Source: an uncultured Bacillales bacterium
Lineage (GTDB): Bacteria > Bacillota_I > Bacilli_A > RFN20 > CAG-288
Length of the DNA stretch: 64,000 nt
NCBI GenBank assembly: GCA_949287425.1
Contig: CASEGJ010000004.1
Location: forward strand, 325,727-389,726
Direction of reading: 5' to 3'
The notes under the pieces were generated by a model. It was not told the origin of the DNA. It saw only the letters and a program-made list of their open reading frames with translations, and did not search any database. Position 1 is the first letter of the stretch. Every line of letters begins with the position of its first letter. The position numbers and the translations under genes are program-made. This document shows, one piece after another, positions 39,313-50,003 of this stretch.

Positions 39313-39687
39313 ATGGACGCTAACGAATCAAAAGAAGATTATTTAGAAAAGATATATATGTTAAAACAAATTCAAGTTAAAGTTAGAGCTATCGATATTG
39401 TGAAATTGATGAATTTTTCAAAGCCATCAGTTTCTATCGCTTTAAAGAAGTTAATTAAAGAAGGTTATGTTACTCACGATGAAAAAACAGGGGATATTAA
39501 TTTAACTGAAGAAGGTTATAAAATAGCGGAATCTACTTATGATAGACATATTACTTTAGCGAAATTTTTTGAATATTTAGGCGTCGAAAAATCCATTGCT
39601 TTACAAGATGCTTGTAAAGTTGAACACGATCTTTCCAAAGATACTTATTTAAAGTTAAAAGAATATCTTTCTAAATTAGATTTATAG
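39313..39687 (+). CDS. DtxR/MntR-family metal-dependent repressor
   Basis: EDYLEKIY, SKPSVSIALKKL HTH, RH, DACKVEHDLS. Confidence 0.95.
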   Translation: MDANESKEDYLEKIYMLKQIQVKVRAIDIVKLMNFSKPSVSIALKKLIKEGYVTHDEKTGDINLTEEGYKIAESTYDRHITLAKFFEYLGVEKSIALQDACKVEHDLSKDTYLKLKEYLSKLDL

Positions 39688-39818
39688 GTAAGTTGTATCT
39701 ATTTTTTTATAAAATTTAGATTTATTTTAATAAATGCATTCTATTTTAATAGACTATTAAAGTTAAGTCAGTGATAATTGTTTGAAGTTATTTTAGATAT
39801 CTTTGTTTAAATTTATAT

Positions 39819-40958
39819 TTAATTATCGTTTTCTAATAAGTTGTGCCACTTTTTAATTATATTATCCATAGATAATTTATAACTTTCTTCATAAGTGAAT
39901 CTTTTTAAATTTTCCAATTTAGTTTTATCAGTTAAAACTTCTTCAATTTTGTTTGCAAAACTTTCGGCTTCTTTTAAAGGAATAACAAATCCGTTAATTC
40001 CGTCTTTAATTAGAGTAATACTAGCTCCCCAGTTAGTAGATATACTTGGAATTGAGTAAGCCTCAGCCTCATTTCTAATTAAAGGAACTCCTTCAAAATT
40101 AGAAGTTATAAGAAGTAAATCAGAATTTAAAAATAAGTTAGGAATATCGTATGTCGGTTTAAAAATACTAACAAAATTTTCAAGTTGTTTAGTTTTTACA
40201 AACTGCCTCATCTGAATTTCTAATTCGCCTTCACCATACATATTTAAATGGAATGGAAAGTTATCATCTTTTAATTTTTCAGCAATTTTAAGTGCTAAAA
40301 TTGGATTTTTTTGCTCAGTATATCTTCCGATAAAAAGCAAATTATTATTGTGAAATTCAAAATTTTTAACTCTTGGAAAACGACATGGATTAATAATGGA
40401 TATCGATTTAGATTTAAGTTTAGGTTTTTTAGAAATAATCTGATTTAAAATTTCTTTTGAAAGGAAGATAAATTTTTTAGGTTTATGCGAGAAGATAAAG
40501 CAAAGTCTAGTGATTAAAGAGAAAAAATTATCGCTGTCAAAATGAAAGTGAAAATAAGTATTGGCATCTTTAGGAGCTAAATAATAATTTTCAATTGATG
40601 AACAAATTAAAAGGCTATCTTTATTAAGTAGAGATTTAATGTATTTTCTTTTCTTTTTAATTTTAAAAAGAAACTCATCAAAAAGGTGATAGATCAATTT
40701 AGATGCATTAATTAATTGAAAGTTTTTAAGATATAATTTTAAATTATCTGAAAATCTTTCGAGTTTATTATCGACATTTAAGCTTATTATTTTAATTTTT
40801 GGATTGATATTATATATGATATTTTGGCTTTTAAATGTCGAAATAACAGTTATATCGTAATCGAATTTTTCAACTAGTTGATTCATTATTTCGATGGAAA
40901 CTGTTTCGGTTCCACCGATTAATTCTAGCTGTTGTAAACACCAAAATATCTTTTTCAT
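39819..40958 (-). CDS. Glycosyltransferase family 4 (GT-B)
   Basis: GGTETV, FIGRYTEQKN, TSNFEGVPL..EA. Confidence 0.9.
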   Translation of the reverse strand: MKKIFWCLQQLELIGGTETVSIEIMNQLVEKFDYDITVISTFKSQNIIYNINPKIKIISLNVDNKLERFSDNLKLYLKNFQLINASKLIYHLFDEFLFKIKKKRKYIKSLLNKDSLLICSSIENYYLAPKDANTYFHFHFDSDNFFSLITRLCFIFSHKPKKFIFLSKEILNQIISKKPKLKSKSISIINPCRFPRVKNFEFHNNNLLFIGRYTEQKNPILALKIAEKLKDDNFPFHLNMYGEGELEIQMRQFVKTKQLENFVSIFKPTYDIPNLFLNSDLLLITSNFEGVPLIRNEAEAYSIPSISTNWGASITLIKDGINGFVIPLKEAESFANKIEEVLTDKTKLENLKRFTYEESYKLSMDNIIKKWHNLLENDN

Positions 40959-40990
40959 ATAATAAAATTAGTTGTTTTTACTATCTTGAT

Positions 40991-41341
40991 CTATTTTGAA
41001 TCTTTTTCATCTAATTTAGTTAATTCTTTTTGATTAATAGGAGTTAAACCAACCACTTCTTCAATAGGTAAGGAAAAAGCGATTCCTTGACCAGGAGTTT
41101 TTAAACCGACTTGTTGATAAAGTTGATGGAGCAAATTAGATTTAATAGAAGAATCTATAACCATCATTACGACTTCTTTTTGAGGCTGAATGGCAATACC
41201 GAAAGCTTTTTCAGCTTCTTCTTTAGCAGTTCCTAAAGCATTAAAAACAGTTCCGCCTCTAACTCCTACTTCTTTAGCGACGTCCATAACTTGTTCAGAA
41301 TATCCGCTATTAACAATAACTAATACTAATTCGTAATTCAT
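40991..41341 (-). CDS. P-II-like protein
   Basis: GVRGGTV, PQKEVVMMV, PGQGIAFSLPIEEVVGL. Confidence 0.9.
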   Translation of the reverse strand: MNYELVLVIVNSGYSEQVMDVAKEVGVRGGTVFNALGTAKEEAEKAFGIAIQPQKEVVMMVIDSSIKSNLLHQLYQQVGLKTPGQGIAFSLPIEEVVGLTPINQKELTKLDEKDSK

Positions 41342-41763
41342 AAGATGCTATTTCCTTTCTGGTTAGTTAAAAATGAATAGATAAAGACTCCGATAATTGA
41401 AGAGATAGGGATTTGGAAAGCGATACCTTTTCCTCCTTTAATAGTTTTAAACTTTTCATCGAGTGTCGAGAGAACTTTTTTACTATCTTTGTCATTAATT
41501 AATCCAAGAATGATAGCTTTGTTAGTATCTTCTAGACCCAACATAGAAATCATTTCTTTGCTAGCGGTTCCTTTAGCGTAAATTTCTAATGAAAGATTGA
41601 TATCAAATTGATGTAAGATATCGATATAAAGCTCTAGTTTATTACGTGGAACAATAACAAAAATCGCTTTTAATTTAATTGGAGCTTTAATATTGCTAGA
41701 TTCATTAGAAGGGGATTTTTTACCCTTAGTTGATAATCTTTTTGTCTTACTAGTTCTTGCCAT
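41338..41763 (-). CDS. Divergent P-II-like protein
   Basis: AKGTASKE, GKGIAFQIPISSIIG. Confidence 0.8.
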   Translation of the reverse strand: MARTSKTKRLSTKGKKSPSNESSNIKAPIKLKAIFVIVPRNKLELYIDILHQFDINLSLEIYAKGTASKEMISMLGLEDTNKAIILGLINDKDSKKVLSTLDEKFKTIKGGKGIAFQIPISSIIGVFIYSFLTNQKGNSIL

Positions 41764-41774
41764 AATCTTACCTT

Positions 41775-43307
41775 TTAAAATTCAATAATTTGTTCATCAT
41801 CAGAAGCTAATAATTTTCTCATGACTAATTTTTCTTTTACTTTAGTAGAAATAACAGCTCTAAAACCTAATAATTGGATAGTAATTAAAGGTGTTAAAGC
41901 GACCATAGCGACAATGCCAAATCCATTAGCTAGCATCTTGTTAGAATCGCCATTAAATAATACCTGAGCGATACCAACAGCTAGAGGAAGAATAAATGAA
42001 GAAGTCAATGGTCCAGAAGCTACTCCACCTGAATCAAAAGCGATAGAAGTATAAATTTTTGGAATAAAGAAAGATAGACCTAAAGATAAGAAGTATAATG
42101 GGACAAGCAAATACAATAAAGAGAAATCATAAATTATTCTAATTACTGAAAGCATCAAAGCGATACCAACACCGATACATAGAGCAATAAGCATTTGTTT
42201 TTTGCTAACTTTATTGTATGTAACTTCTGAAACTTGTTGAACTAGAACATGGATAGCTGGTTCAGCCAAAACGACGACAAAGCCAATTATAAAAGCGAAT
42301 ATTATAGAAACATATTGAGGTTGATTAGCTAGTTCTTGGCCTATTTTAAATCCGACAGGCATAAAGCCAATTGAAACAGCAACTAAGAAGATAACTAAGC
42401 CTAAAAAAGTATAAACTAAGCCAATGGCAATAGAAATAAGTTTATTTTTAGAAAGCTTTAATACAAAGATTTGCATGATGATAAAAAATGCGACAATTAG
42501 ACCTAAAGCTAGAGCAACTTCACCAGAGACTTTCCCGATTTCTTCACCTAAGCTTTCAAGAATATTATCAGAAATTATATATCCAGAAGGTGTTTCATAT
42601 TGAATATCACCTTTAGAAGTAATAGAAAGAATCAAAGTAGATAGAATAGGGCCTATTGAGCAAAGAGCAATAGTACCAAAAGAGTTTTCCGAAGCTTGTT
42701 TACCACCGATTCTTGAAGCGATACCAATACCTAAAGCCATAATAAAAGGAACGGTAATTGGACCAGTAGTAACTCCACCTGAATCAAAAGCGATAGGTAA
42801 TAAATTTTCATGTCCAGATTCAATTACAAGAATAGCTACTCCAAATAACAAACCATAACAAAACATCAATAGACTGTTTAATTCTTTTTTAAATATAATT
42901 TTCCAAACAGATAATACTAAGAAGATACCAACACCGATAGAAATGACAATTTGCAAGGTATTTCCATTAATTGCACCTTCAACTTGGTTAGCTAGAACTT
43001 TTAAATCGGGTTCAGCATATGTAATTAAAAAGCCTAAAACTAATAAGGTAGGAAAAATTAAAAGTAATTTTTTAGAGCCTATTAAAGAAGAACCGATATC
43101 TTTACCGATTTCAGACATAGCGACATCTGCTCCTAAATTGAAAAGAGAAATTCCTAAAATTAAGAAGAAAGAACAGACGACAAAAGCGATAATTTCAGAA
43201 TTAGTTAAATCGATAAGTGGTGTTAAATACATAATAACCACAATTAAAGTAATTGGTAAAACAGATAATGATGATTCTTTAATTTTAACTAACAGTTGTT
43301 TAAGCAT
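41775..43307 (-). CDS. DUF1538 membrane protein (internally duplicated)
   Basis: AEP and AFDSGGV(T/A)(T/S)GP motifs each present twice. Confidence 0.9.
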   Translation of the reverse strand: MLKQLLVKIKESSLSVLPITLIVVIMYLTPLIDLTNSEIIAFVVCSFFLILGISLFNLGADVAMSEIGKDIGSSLIGSKKLLLIFPTLLVLGFLITYAEPDLKVLANQVEGAINGNTLQIVISIGVGIFLVLSVWKIIFKKELNSLLMFCYGLLFGVAILVIESGHENLLPIAFDSGGVTTGPITVPFIMALGIGIASRIGGKQASENSFGTIALCSIGPILSTLILSITSKGDIQYETPSGYIISDNILESLGEEIGKVSGEVALALGLIVAFFIIMQIFVLKLSKNKLISIAIGLVYTFLGLVIFLVAVSIGFMPVGFKIGQELANQPQYVSIIFAFIIGFVVVLAEPAIHVLVQQVSEVTYNKVSKKQMLIALCIGVGIALMLSVIRIIYDFSLLYLLVPLYFLSLGLSFFIPKIYTSIAFDSGGVASGPLTSSFILPLAVGIAQVLFNGDSNKMLANGFGIVAMVALTPLITIQLLGFRAVISTKVKEKLVMRKLLASDDEQIIEF

Positions 43308-43346
43308 GGCAATAATTTGTCTTTCTATATTAATAGTATAAAATAA

Positions 43347-43940
43347 TTAGGCCTGAAACATCAATAATTTCAGTGAATTATTTATAAAGAAAGCTAGTTC
43401 GCTAGAAATAGCTTCTTTTGAAGTTTTGTAATTTTTATTAGCCCATTTGATAATTATTCCAGCTGCTCCGTACAAAATGAAAGTAAAAGCATCTAAATAA
43501 ATATCTTTTTTATGGAAAGAGGATGGAATTTCTTTGGTATATTTTTCTTTAACGATATCTATTATTTTATTAGACCAAGAATTATATAAACCGGATTTAA
43601 TAAAGTTTTCAAAGATATATTTATTGTTGAGAATTAAATCTAGCAATTCAATTAGATCATCATCTTCAAAATGAATGAGATTTAACTTGTTTATTTTTTC
43701 TTGAATACTAGTAAACATATCGTTAAAAATCACTTCGTAAACTTCAGAAATATTGTTGTAATGATTATAAAAAGTCCCTCTATTTATGTTAGCTTCTTTA
43801 CATAGTTCATAAACTGTAATATCTTTAACATCTTTATTTAAAAGTATTTTTTTTAGGGTCTCTTGAATGATTGACTGAGTTTTTAAAGTGCGAATATCTA
43901 ACTTGTTTTGTACCATATTAAAATTATTATACAAAATCAT
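43347..43940 (-). CDS. TetR/AcrR family regulator (start may be 43916)
   Basis: ITVYELCKEANINRGTFYNHY HTH. Confidence 0.92.
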   Translation of the reverse strand: MILYNNFNMVQNKLDIRTLKTQSIIQETLKKILLNKDVKDITVYELCKEANINRGTFYNHYNNISEVYEVIFNDMFTSIQEKINKLNLIHFEDDDLIELLDLILNNKYIFENFIKSGLYNSWSNKIIDIVKEKYTKEIPSSFHKKDIYLDAFTFILYGAAGIIIKWANKNYKTSKEAISSELAFFINNSLKLLMFQA

Positions 43941-44038
43941 AGACTAGTGTTCAAGAATTCGACAAAAGTTTATAATTTTGTTCATTATTTTTAAAATGCC
44001 TTTATATATAATATTAATGTAGAAAAGTCAGGAAAATT

Positions 44039-44749
44039 ATGTCAAATTCAATAGTTTTAGATGCTAGAAATCTTGTGAAAACCTTTCAAAATGGCAACGT
44101 TTCAATAAATGCTATTAATGATGTTAGTTTTTCAATTGAAGAGGGAAAATTAGTAGTTGTTTTAGGCCCTTCTGGTGCTGGAAAATCCACTTTATTGAAC
44201 CTTATAGGTGGGATGGAAGATGTTACAAGTGGAAGTCTATTTGTCGATGGTAAAGATATTGCTAAATTTTCTAAATTAGAACTTACAAAATACCGTAGAA
44301 ACGATATTGGTTTTGTTTTCCAATTTTATAATTTAATGCCTAATTTGACCGCGTTAGAAAATGTTGAGTTAGCGACTGAGTTAAAAAGAGATTCTCTTTC
44401 TCCTGAACAGATTCTTGCTGATGTCGGTTTGTCAAATAGAATGGGTAATTTTCCATCTCAACTTTCTGGTGGGGAACAACAAAGAGTTTCAATCGCTCGT
44501 GCTATTGCTAAAAACCCTAAAATTATTTTATGCGATGAGCCAACAGGGGCTTTAGATTATAATACCGGTAAAACTATATTGAAATTGTTACAAAATTGTG
44601 CGAGAGAACAAAATAAAACTGTTATTATTGTTACTCATAATTCCGCTTTAAAAGATATGGCTGATCAGATAATTAGAATTAAAAACGGAAAAATAGAAGA
44701 AAACACAATAAATACTAATATAATTCCTGTCGAGGAGATTGAGTGGTAA
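44039..44749 (+). CDS. ABC exporter ATPase (LolD/MacB-like)
   Basis: [26 protein letters not shown]. Confidence 0.95.
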   Translation: MSNSIVLDARNLVKTFQNGNVSINAINDVSFSIEEGKLVVVLGPSGAGKSTLLNLIGGMEDVTSGSLFVDGKDIAKFSKLELTKYRRNDIGFVFQFYNLMPNLTALENVELATELKRDSLSPEQILADVGLSNRMGNFPSQLSGGEQQRVSIARAIAKNPKIILCDEPTGALDYNTGKTILKLLQNCAREQNKTVIIVTHNSALKDMADQIIRIKNGKIEENTINTNIIPVEEIEW

Positions 44750-46620
44750 TGAAAAAGTTTCTCAAAACTGTTTTTAGCTTGTTTAAAACTAATCTAGGCA
44801 AGTTTATTGTCAATCTTTTAATAATTGTTTTATCAAGCACGATAATTACTGGTTTAGGGGCGCTTACTAGCATATATGAAAGAGGATATTCTGACGTCTA
44901 TTCTAGTCAAAAAATCTCAGATATAATTGTAAAAAATACAACTACAGAAGGTTTTTCTGATGAAGTGATTTCCAATCTTTTAATTAACGATAATATCGAA
45001 GCAGTTTCTAGTTGTTTTGTCAGTGATTTTGAACTTAACGATGGAGAATCTGCTACTAAGAATATCTACAGGGTTTATTATCAAGATTTTTACGATAATT
45101 CAGTAAATAGAATTCAAGTAACTGAAGGAAGATATCCGACTGAAAGAAACGAGATTTTAATTGAAAAACCAAATAGAAATACTATCGATTATAAGATTGG
45201 AGATAAAGTTGAATTAGCTTTAGGCATATTAGGTCAATTTGGCATTCAAACAGAATATACTATAGTAGGTTATGTAGATAATCCTCAATATATTTCTATA
45301 GTTCCTGAAGTTTCTTATTTAAATCAAGAAGATTCAGCTGATTTAACTGTCGATTCAATCATATACATAGATAGTAATTTAAATGGCGAAACTCTTTATC
45401 CATATCCTACTACTGATATAAATATTAAGTTAAAAAATCCAGATACTATCGATTATTTTAATTCGGAATATTCTGAATATGTTCAAACGTGCTTAGATTC
45501 TATTTCTAAACAGTTAAATGATTCTAGTTATGTCTATTTAACTTTGGAAGAAAACGTCTCTTTTAATATGTTTGAAGAATATATGAATAAAATTGATGTT
45601 ATCGCTCTTGTTTTCCCATTTTTCTTTTTAGCCGTTTGCATATTAGTAATGTTAATTACTATTTCTAGATTGATAGCTGAAGAAAGAAATAATATCGCTT
45701 GCTATATTTCTTTAGGTGTACAAACTTGGAAGGTATATTTTAAATATCTCTTATTTATTATTTTAGCTAGTATTGTAGGTGGTTTTATTGGTCTATTAAT
45801 TGGTTTATATTTATTGCCTTATGTCGTTTATCCAGCTGTTTATTCTATGTTTTATATTTCTACACCAGTTATAGGCTTTGATTTTATGTTCGGTTTAATT
45901 TTAATAATCGCTATTTTAGTAAGTGGAATAATTATTACTAGTGTTGTTTTGGCAAATTGTTTAAAAGAGAAACCAGCTAAATTATTCCAAGCTAAAGCAC
46001 CTAAACCTGGTAAGAAAAACCTTCTTGAAAGAATTAAGTTTATTTGGAAAAAATTGCCATTTAAATATAAATCTTCTATTAGGAATCTGGCTAGAAATAA
46101 AAAGAATTTAATTTTGACATTATTAGCGATAATTGGTTCATATGCTTTGCTGTTTTTAGGTTTTGGTTTACTTGATATTACTAAAGCTTTAGAAACTGAT
46201 TCTATATATGGTGAAGTGGCTTCTAGTATGCAATTAATTTCAACAGTAATAGTCTTTTTTGCATTAGGCATGTGTACTTTAATCGTATATAATTTAGCTA
46301 ATATGAATATTTCTGAAAGGCAAAGAGAATTGGCAACATTAAAAGTTTTAGGATATACAGATATAGAATGTTCTTTATATACGTTTAGAGAAATTTTCAT
46401 CACATCTATATTAGGATTAATTTTATCGATACCTGTAGGATATTTTGTCGATAAATATATCTTTATGTATCTGGATTTTGGAAGTATCGATGATGTTAAA
46501 TGGTACTCTTATTTAGGCTCTTTCTTGATTATTTTTGTCGCTACTATTTTGATTAATTTCATGCTTTATCCAAAAATTAAAAAGGTCAATATGAACGATT
46601 CTTTAAAAATTTTGGAATAA
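44743..46620 (+). CDS. FtsX-like ABC permease
   Basis: Two FtsX repeats (EERNNIACYISLG; ERQRELATLKVLG). Confidence 0.9.
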   Translation: MVMKKFLKTVFSLFKTNLGKFIVNLLIIVLSSTIITGLGALTSIYERGYSDVYSSQKISDIIVKNTTTEGFSDEVISNLLINDNIEAVSSCFVSDFELNDGESATKNIYRVYYQDFYDNSVNRIQVTEGRYPTERNEILIEKPNRNTIDYKIGDKVELALGILGQFGIQTEYTIVGYVDNPQYISIVPEVSYLNQEDSADLTVDSIIYIDSNLNGETLYPYPTTDINIKLKNPDTIDYFNSEYSEYVQTCLDSISKQLNDSSYVYLTLEENVSFNMFEEYMNKIDVIALVFPFFFLAVCILVMLITISRLIAEERNNIACYISLGVQTWKVYFKYLLFIILASIVGGFIGLLIGLYLLPYVVYPAVYSMFYISTPVIGFDFMFGLILIIAILVSGIIITSVVLANCLKEKPAKLFQAKAPKPGKKNLLERIKFIWKKLPFKYKSSIRNLARNKKNLILTLLAIIGSYALLFLGFGLLDITKALETDSIYGEVASSMQLISTVIVFFALGMCTLIVYNLANMNISERQRELATLKVLGYTDIECSLYTFREIFITSILGLILSIPVGYFVDKYIFMYLDFGSIDDVKWYSYLGSFLIIFVATILINFMLYPKIKKVNMNDSLKILE

Positions 46621-46640
46621 TTATTGTAAAATTATTACGT

Positions 46641-47612
46641 ATGAAAATAACAATAGATGAAAATAGCTGCAATCAGCGTATTGATAAAGTTATTAAAAGA
46701 ACATTAAATAACGCACCTTTATCTTTTATTTATAAAATGTTCAGAAATAAAGATGTTAAAGTTAATGGCAAAAAAAGCGATATTTCTTATATAACTAAAA
46801 TCGGAGATGAAGTTGATATTTATATTAAACCAGCTTTATTAGAAGAATTTTCTAAAAATGAAATAGTTAGACCAGTTAAATCCAACATGGATATAATTTA
46901 TGAGGATTCAAATATTTTGATTGTCAATAAACCTAAAGGATTATTAGTTCATGGTGATGAAACTGAAAAAAGAATAACTTTGCACAATATTTTCTTAAAT
47001 TATTTGATTGCTAAAAAAGAATACGACCCAAATAACACTACTAAATTCATTCCTGGTCCAGCTCACCGTTTAGATAGAAATACTTCAGGTATTGTTGTTT
47101 TTGGAAAGAATTTAGAAACTTTACAACAGCTTTTGATTTTGTTCCAAGATAAAAAAGATATTGAAAAAACTTATTTAGCTTTAGTTTCAGGGAAATTGGC
47201 TAACAAAGGTAAAATAGAATTTCCTCTAATTAAAGATCCTATTAAAGGTCAAGTTAGAATAGGCTTTATTGAAAATGGTGCTAAAAGAGCTTTAACTGAA
47301 TATCAAATAGAGCAGCGTTATGGTAATTATAGTTTAGTTCGCGCCAAATTGATAACAGGGAGAACGCATCAACTTAGAGTTCATTTTCAAGCAATTAAAG
47401 CACCGATAGTTGGTGATAGCAAATATGGCGATTTTGCTATCAATGCTAAATTTAAGCAGCAGTTTAATCTCTCTAGTCAATTTCTCCACGCTGCGAGTTT
47501 TCAATTTAAAAATATTTCTGGTAAATTATCTTATTTATCAAATAAAAAGTTTGAAGCGGAGTTACCGAAAGTAGAAAAAGATATTTTATCTTATTTAGCT
47601 AAAAATGCATAA
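46641..47612 (+). CDS. RluA/RluC-family pseudouridine synthase
   Basis: S4 domain, NKPKGLLVH, HRLDRNTSG, TGRTHQLRVH. Confidence 0.95.
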   Translation: MKITIDENSCNQRIDKVIKRTLNNAPLSFIYKMFRNKDVKVNGKKSDISYITKIGDEVDIYIKPALLEEFSKNEIVRPVKSNMDIIYEDSNILIVNKPKGLLVHGDETEKRITLHNIFLNYLIAKKEYDPNNTTKFIPGPAHRLDRNTSGIVVFGKNLETLQQLLILFQDKKDIEKTYLALVSGKLANKGKIEFPLIKDPIKGQVRIGFIENGAKRALTEYQIEQRYGNYSLVRAKLITGRTHQLRVHFQAIKAPIVGDSKYGDFAINAKFKQQFNLSSQFLHAASFQFKNISGKLSYLSNKKFEAELPKVEKDILSYLAKNA

Positions 47613-47646
47613 GTTGTAAATTAATGTTAAAATTAAATATATCTAT

Positions 47647-48156
47647 ATGCAAGTTTCTTATATTTTGATTTTTCTATATATCGTAGTCATCTTGCTTGGC
47701 TTAGCTTCAAACGTGAAGTTTTTGTTTAAGTTTAGTATTGCTAGTTTAATTAGCATTGTTTTAATTTCGATATATATTTACCTGGATGTTTACGTTTTAA
47801 AAATTAATTTTACCAATTTTGTCGTTTCATCTTTTAATTCGATGTTTAATCGTATTTATGTTAAGTTGGCTTTAACTAATTATGAAATGAATTTAATTTC
47901 ACAGACTATATTTATAACTATTTTATTTATAGGATTATTTATTTTGTTTTATATCGGATTAAGTTTTGTAAAATTTGGAATTACTGTGACAAATAACAAC
48001 ACTTTTTCATATAAAAGAATAATAGGAAGTTTACTATTTATTAGTGTTAGCTTTTGCTTAGTTACTTATTTTACTGCGAATATTTCACCTGTATTTACTA
48101 TTCCTAATGGGGTTTTTGACTCGTTAATTTCTTCTTGGAGGGTTTTATTTAAATGA
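47647..48156 (+). CDS. Hypothetical membrane protein
   Basis: About four hydrophobic segments; coupled to the next ORF (ATGA). Confidence 0.7.
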   Translation: MQVSYILIFLYIVVILLGLASNVKFLFKFSIASLISIVLISIYIYLDVYVLKINFTNFVVSSFNSMFNRIYVKLALTNYEMNLISQTIFITILFIGLFILFYIGLSFVKFGITVTNNNTFSYKRIIGSLLFISVSFCLVTYFTANISPVFTIPNGVFDSLISSWRVLFK

Positions 48157-49202
48157 ACAACATAGATAAAGCTATCCTTTTAGCAGAGAAGTTTGGAGCA
48201 TCATTTACTAATATAGATTTTTCTTATATTAAAGATATTTTGTCTTCTAAAGAATATTTGACATTGATAAATAACGTTAAATGGGCTAGTAATTTTCAAC
48301 TTGAGAAAGCTATTGCTATTCAAGATGATTTTAAATCGATAAATTACGATGTTAAATCATTGGAAGCTTCAATTGTTTTAGCTACAAGGATAAACTATCT
48401 TTCTTCTTTATCAGCTGAAAACTATTATTTAAATCCGCTAGGTAAATATAATTTTGAACTAAAAACTAATTCGATAGGAGATTTAATGTTAGTTTACGAT
48501 GGAGACTATCATTCTATTAATTATTTAATAAAAGATGAGATGCATACAGAAGGCTTTAAAATGAAAGTTATAGCTGATAAATGCGAAATGTATGCTAGAG
48601 AACTGGTCGAAAAAACTCAAGCTGATATCGCGTTAACTAAAGATAATAAAGGCATAGCTTATTTTATTAGGAAAACTTATTTTGCCTTTATTATTAGAGC
48701 TATTTTCTCACTTTTTGCTATTTTTGCTAGTTTATCAGTTTTTATTTTAGATATTGATATGTTTAATAGTTATTTAAATAGTTTTCCACTAAATGAAATA
48801 TACACTTATTCAATAACGATATCTATTGTTGCAAGCGTTATTAATTTTTTGATTTTAATAGGGATTTTTTGCTATATTTCTAACTTCTTTTACCCGTATT
48901 TTTATTTCAAACATGAAGCGGTTAGCAAATCGAATAAGATCTTTAAAAAAGTAAGTAAATCTGCTAAAAATCTCGCTTTATATATCTTACAAGCTGTTAG
49001 AGATAAAAAAGAATTATCTAATGATATAAATCTATTTTCTACTAGTTTTATTCCAAAAGAAGAATATCTTTATTATAAAGAAATGTATTCGTTAAAAGAA
49101 AAAGGATTATATCAAGCGTTAAAATACTTTTATTTGATATTTTATTTTATATTTTTAATAGGCTTCATCTTAAGTTTAATTTACTATTTTATTAACAAGT
49201 AA
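48153..49202 (+). CDS. Hypothetical membrane protein
   Basis: Soluble N-terminus, three TM segments. Confidence 0.7.
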   Translation: MNNIDKAILLAEKFGASFTNIDFSYIKDILSSKEYLTLINNVKWASNFQLEKAIAIQDDFKSINYDVKSLEASIVLATRINYLSSLSAENYYLNPLGKYNFELKTNSIGDLMLVYDGDYHSINYLIKDEMHTEGFKMKVIADKCEMYARELVEKTQADIALTKDNKGIAYFIRKTYFAFIIRAIFSLFAIFASLSVFILDIDMFNSYLNSFPLNEIYTYSITISIVASVINFLILIGIFCYISNFFYPYFYFKHEAVSKSNKIFKKVSKSAKNLALYILQAVRDKKELSNDINLFSTSFIPKEEYLYYKEMYSLKEKGLYQALKYFYLIFYFIFLIGFILSLIYYFINK

Positions 49203-49203
49203 T

Positions 49204-49959
49204 ATGAAAATTGAATATATTAATGTCTTCGGAAATTTAAATTATCCTAATTTATTAGAATTAGCTAAAGATAGTTATCTTTATCCTAATCGTTTTTTTA
49301 AGTTTTATAATTCTAACAAGTTTCAAGCTATTTTAAAAAATACCAGCCAGGAAAAATATGAAAAGTTTCTCGAAATAAAAAATGCCAATTATATCCAAGA
49401 AGTTTTTACTTTTAAAGTCTCGTATTTACTTAACCCATATATGTCTTTAAGATATCAGTATTTTAAATTTGATAACTATGTTCAGTTAGCAGAAACAATG
49501 TTAAATTACGCTCCTAGTATCGATGTGTATTTAAAAGATCTTTTAATCTATCATCTTTTGAGTGAATATATGGAAAATACCGGAGATTTTAAAATGTATC
49601 CTAAAATATATAAAAGCGTAAAAGATGCTGAAAAGCAGCTTGTTTCTAATCAAAATATCGCTTATTGGAACTTAGCGTTTGATATTTCGAAAAAAGAGAA
49701 CTTAATTTACGATGGCAAAGAATTTAAAACGCCTTTTGAATTCTTTCAATACGTTTTAGCTATTTATGATTTATTCAAGTTTTCCTCAAGTTTTTTAGAT
49801 GATTGTTACGTCCTTACCTGGTTAGAAAGAAAAGGGTATTCTTATATAGTTTCTAGATTTATTAGTTTATGTAGATTGACCGATCAAATAGATACCAAAA
49901 CCAGAATTCAATTAGCAGATCAACTTTTAATTGATTTAAAGAAAGCTGAAATTAAATAA
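49204..49959 (+). CDS. Hypothetical protein
   Basis: 251-aa ORF in an operon-like arrangement; no motif recognised. Confidence 0.7.
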   Translation: MKIEYINVFGNLNYPNLLELAKDSYLYPNRFFKFYNSNKFQAILKNTSQEKYEKFLEIKNANYIQEVFTFKVSYLLNPYMSLRYQYFKFDNYVQLAETMLNYAPSIDVYLKDLLIYHLLSEYMENTGDFKMYPKIYKSVKDAEKQLVSNQNIAYWNLAFDISKKENLIYDGKEFKTPFEFFQYVLAIYDLFKFSSSFLDDCYVLTWLERKGYSYIVSRFISLCRLTDQIDTKTRIQLADQLLIDLKKAEIK

Positions 49960-50003
49960 GTATGGTAAAATAAAATATATAGAGTTCAATTTAGGAGGTA
50001 AAT

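Noticed and set aside
42024-42795. Repeated CCACCTGAATCAAAAGCGATA segment
   Set aside because: Explained by the conserved IAFDSGG motif in the internally duplicated DUF1538 protein
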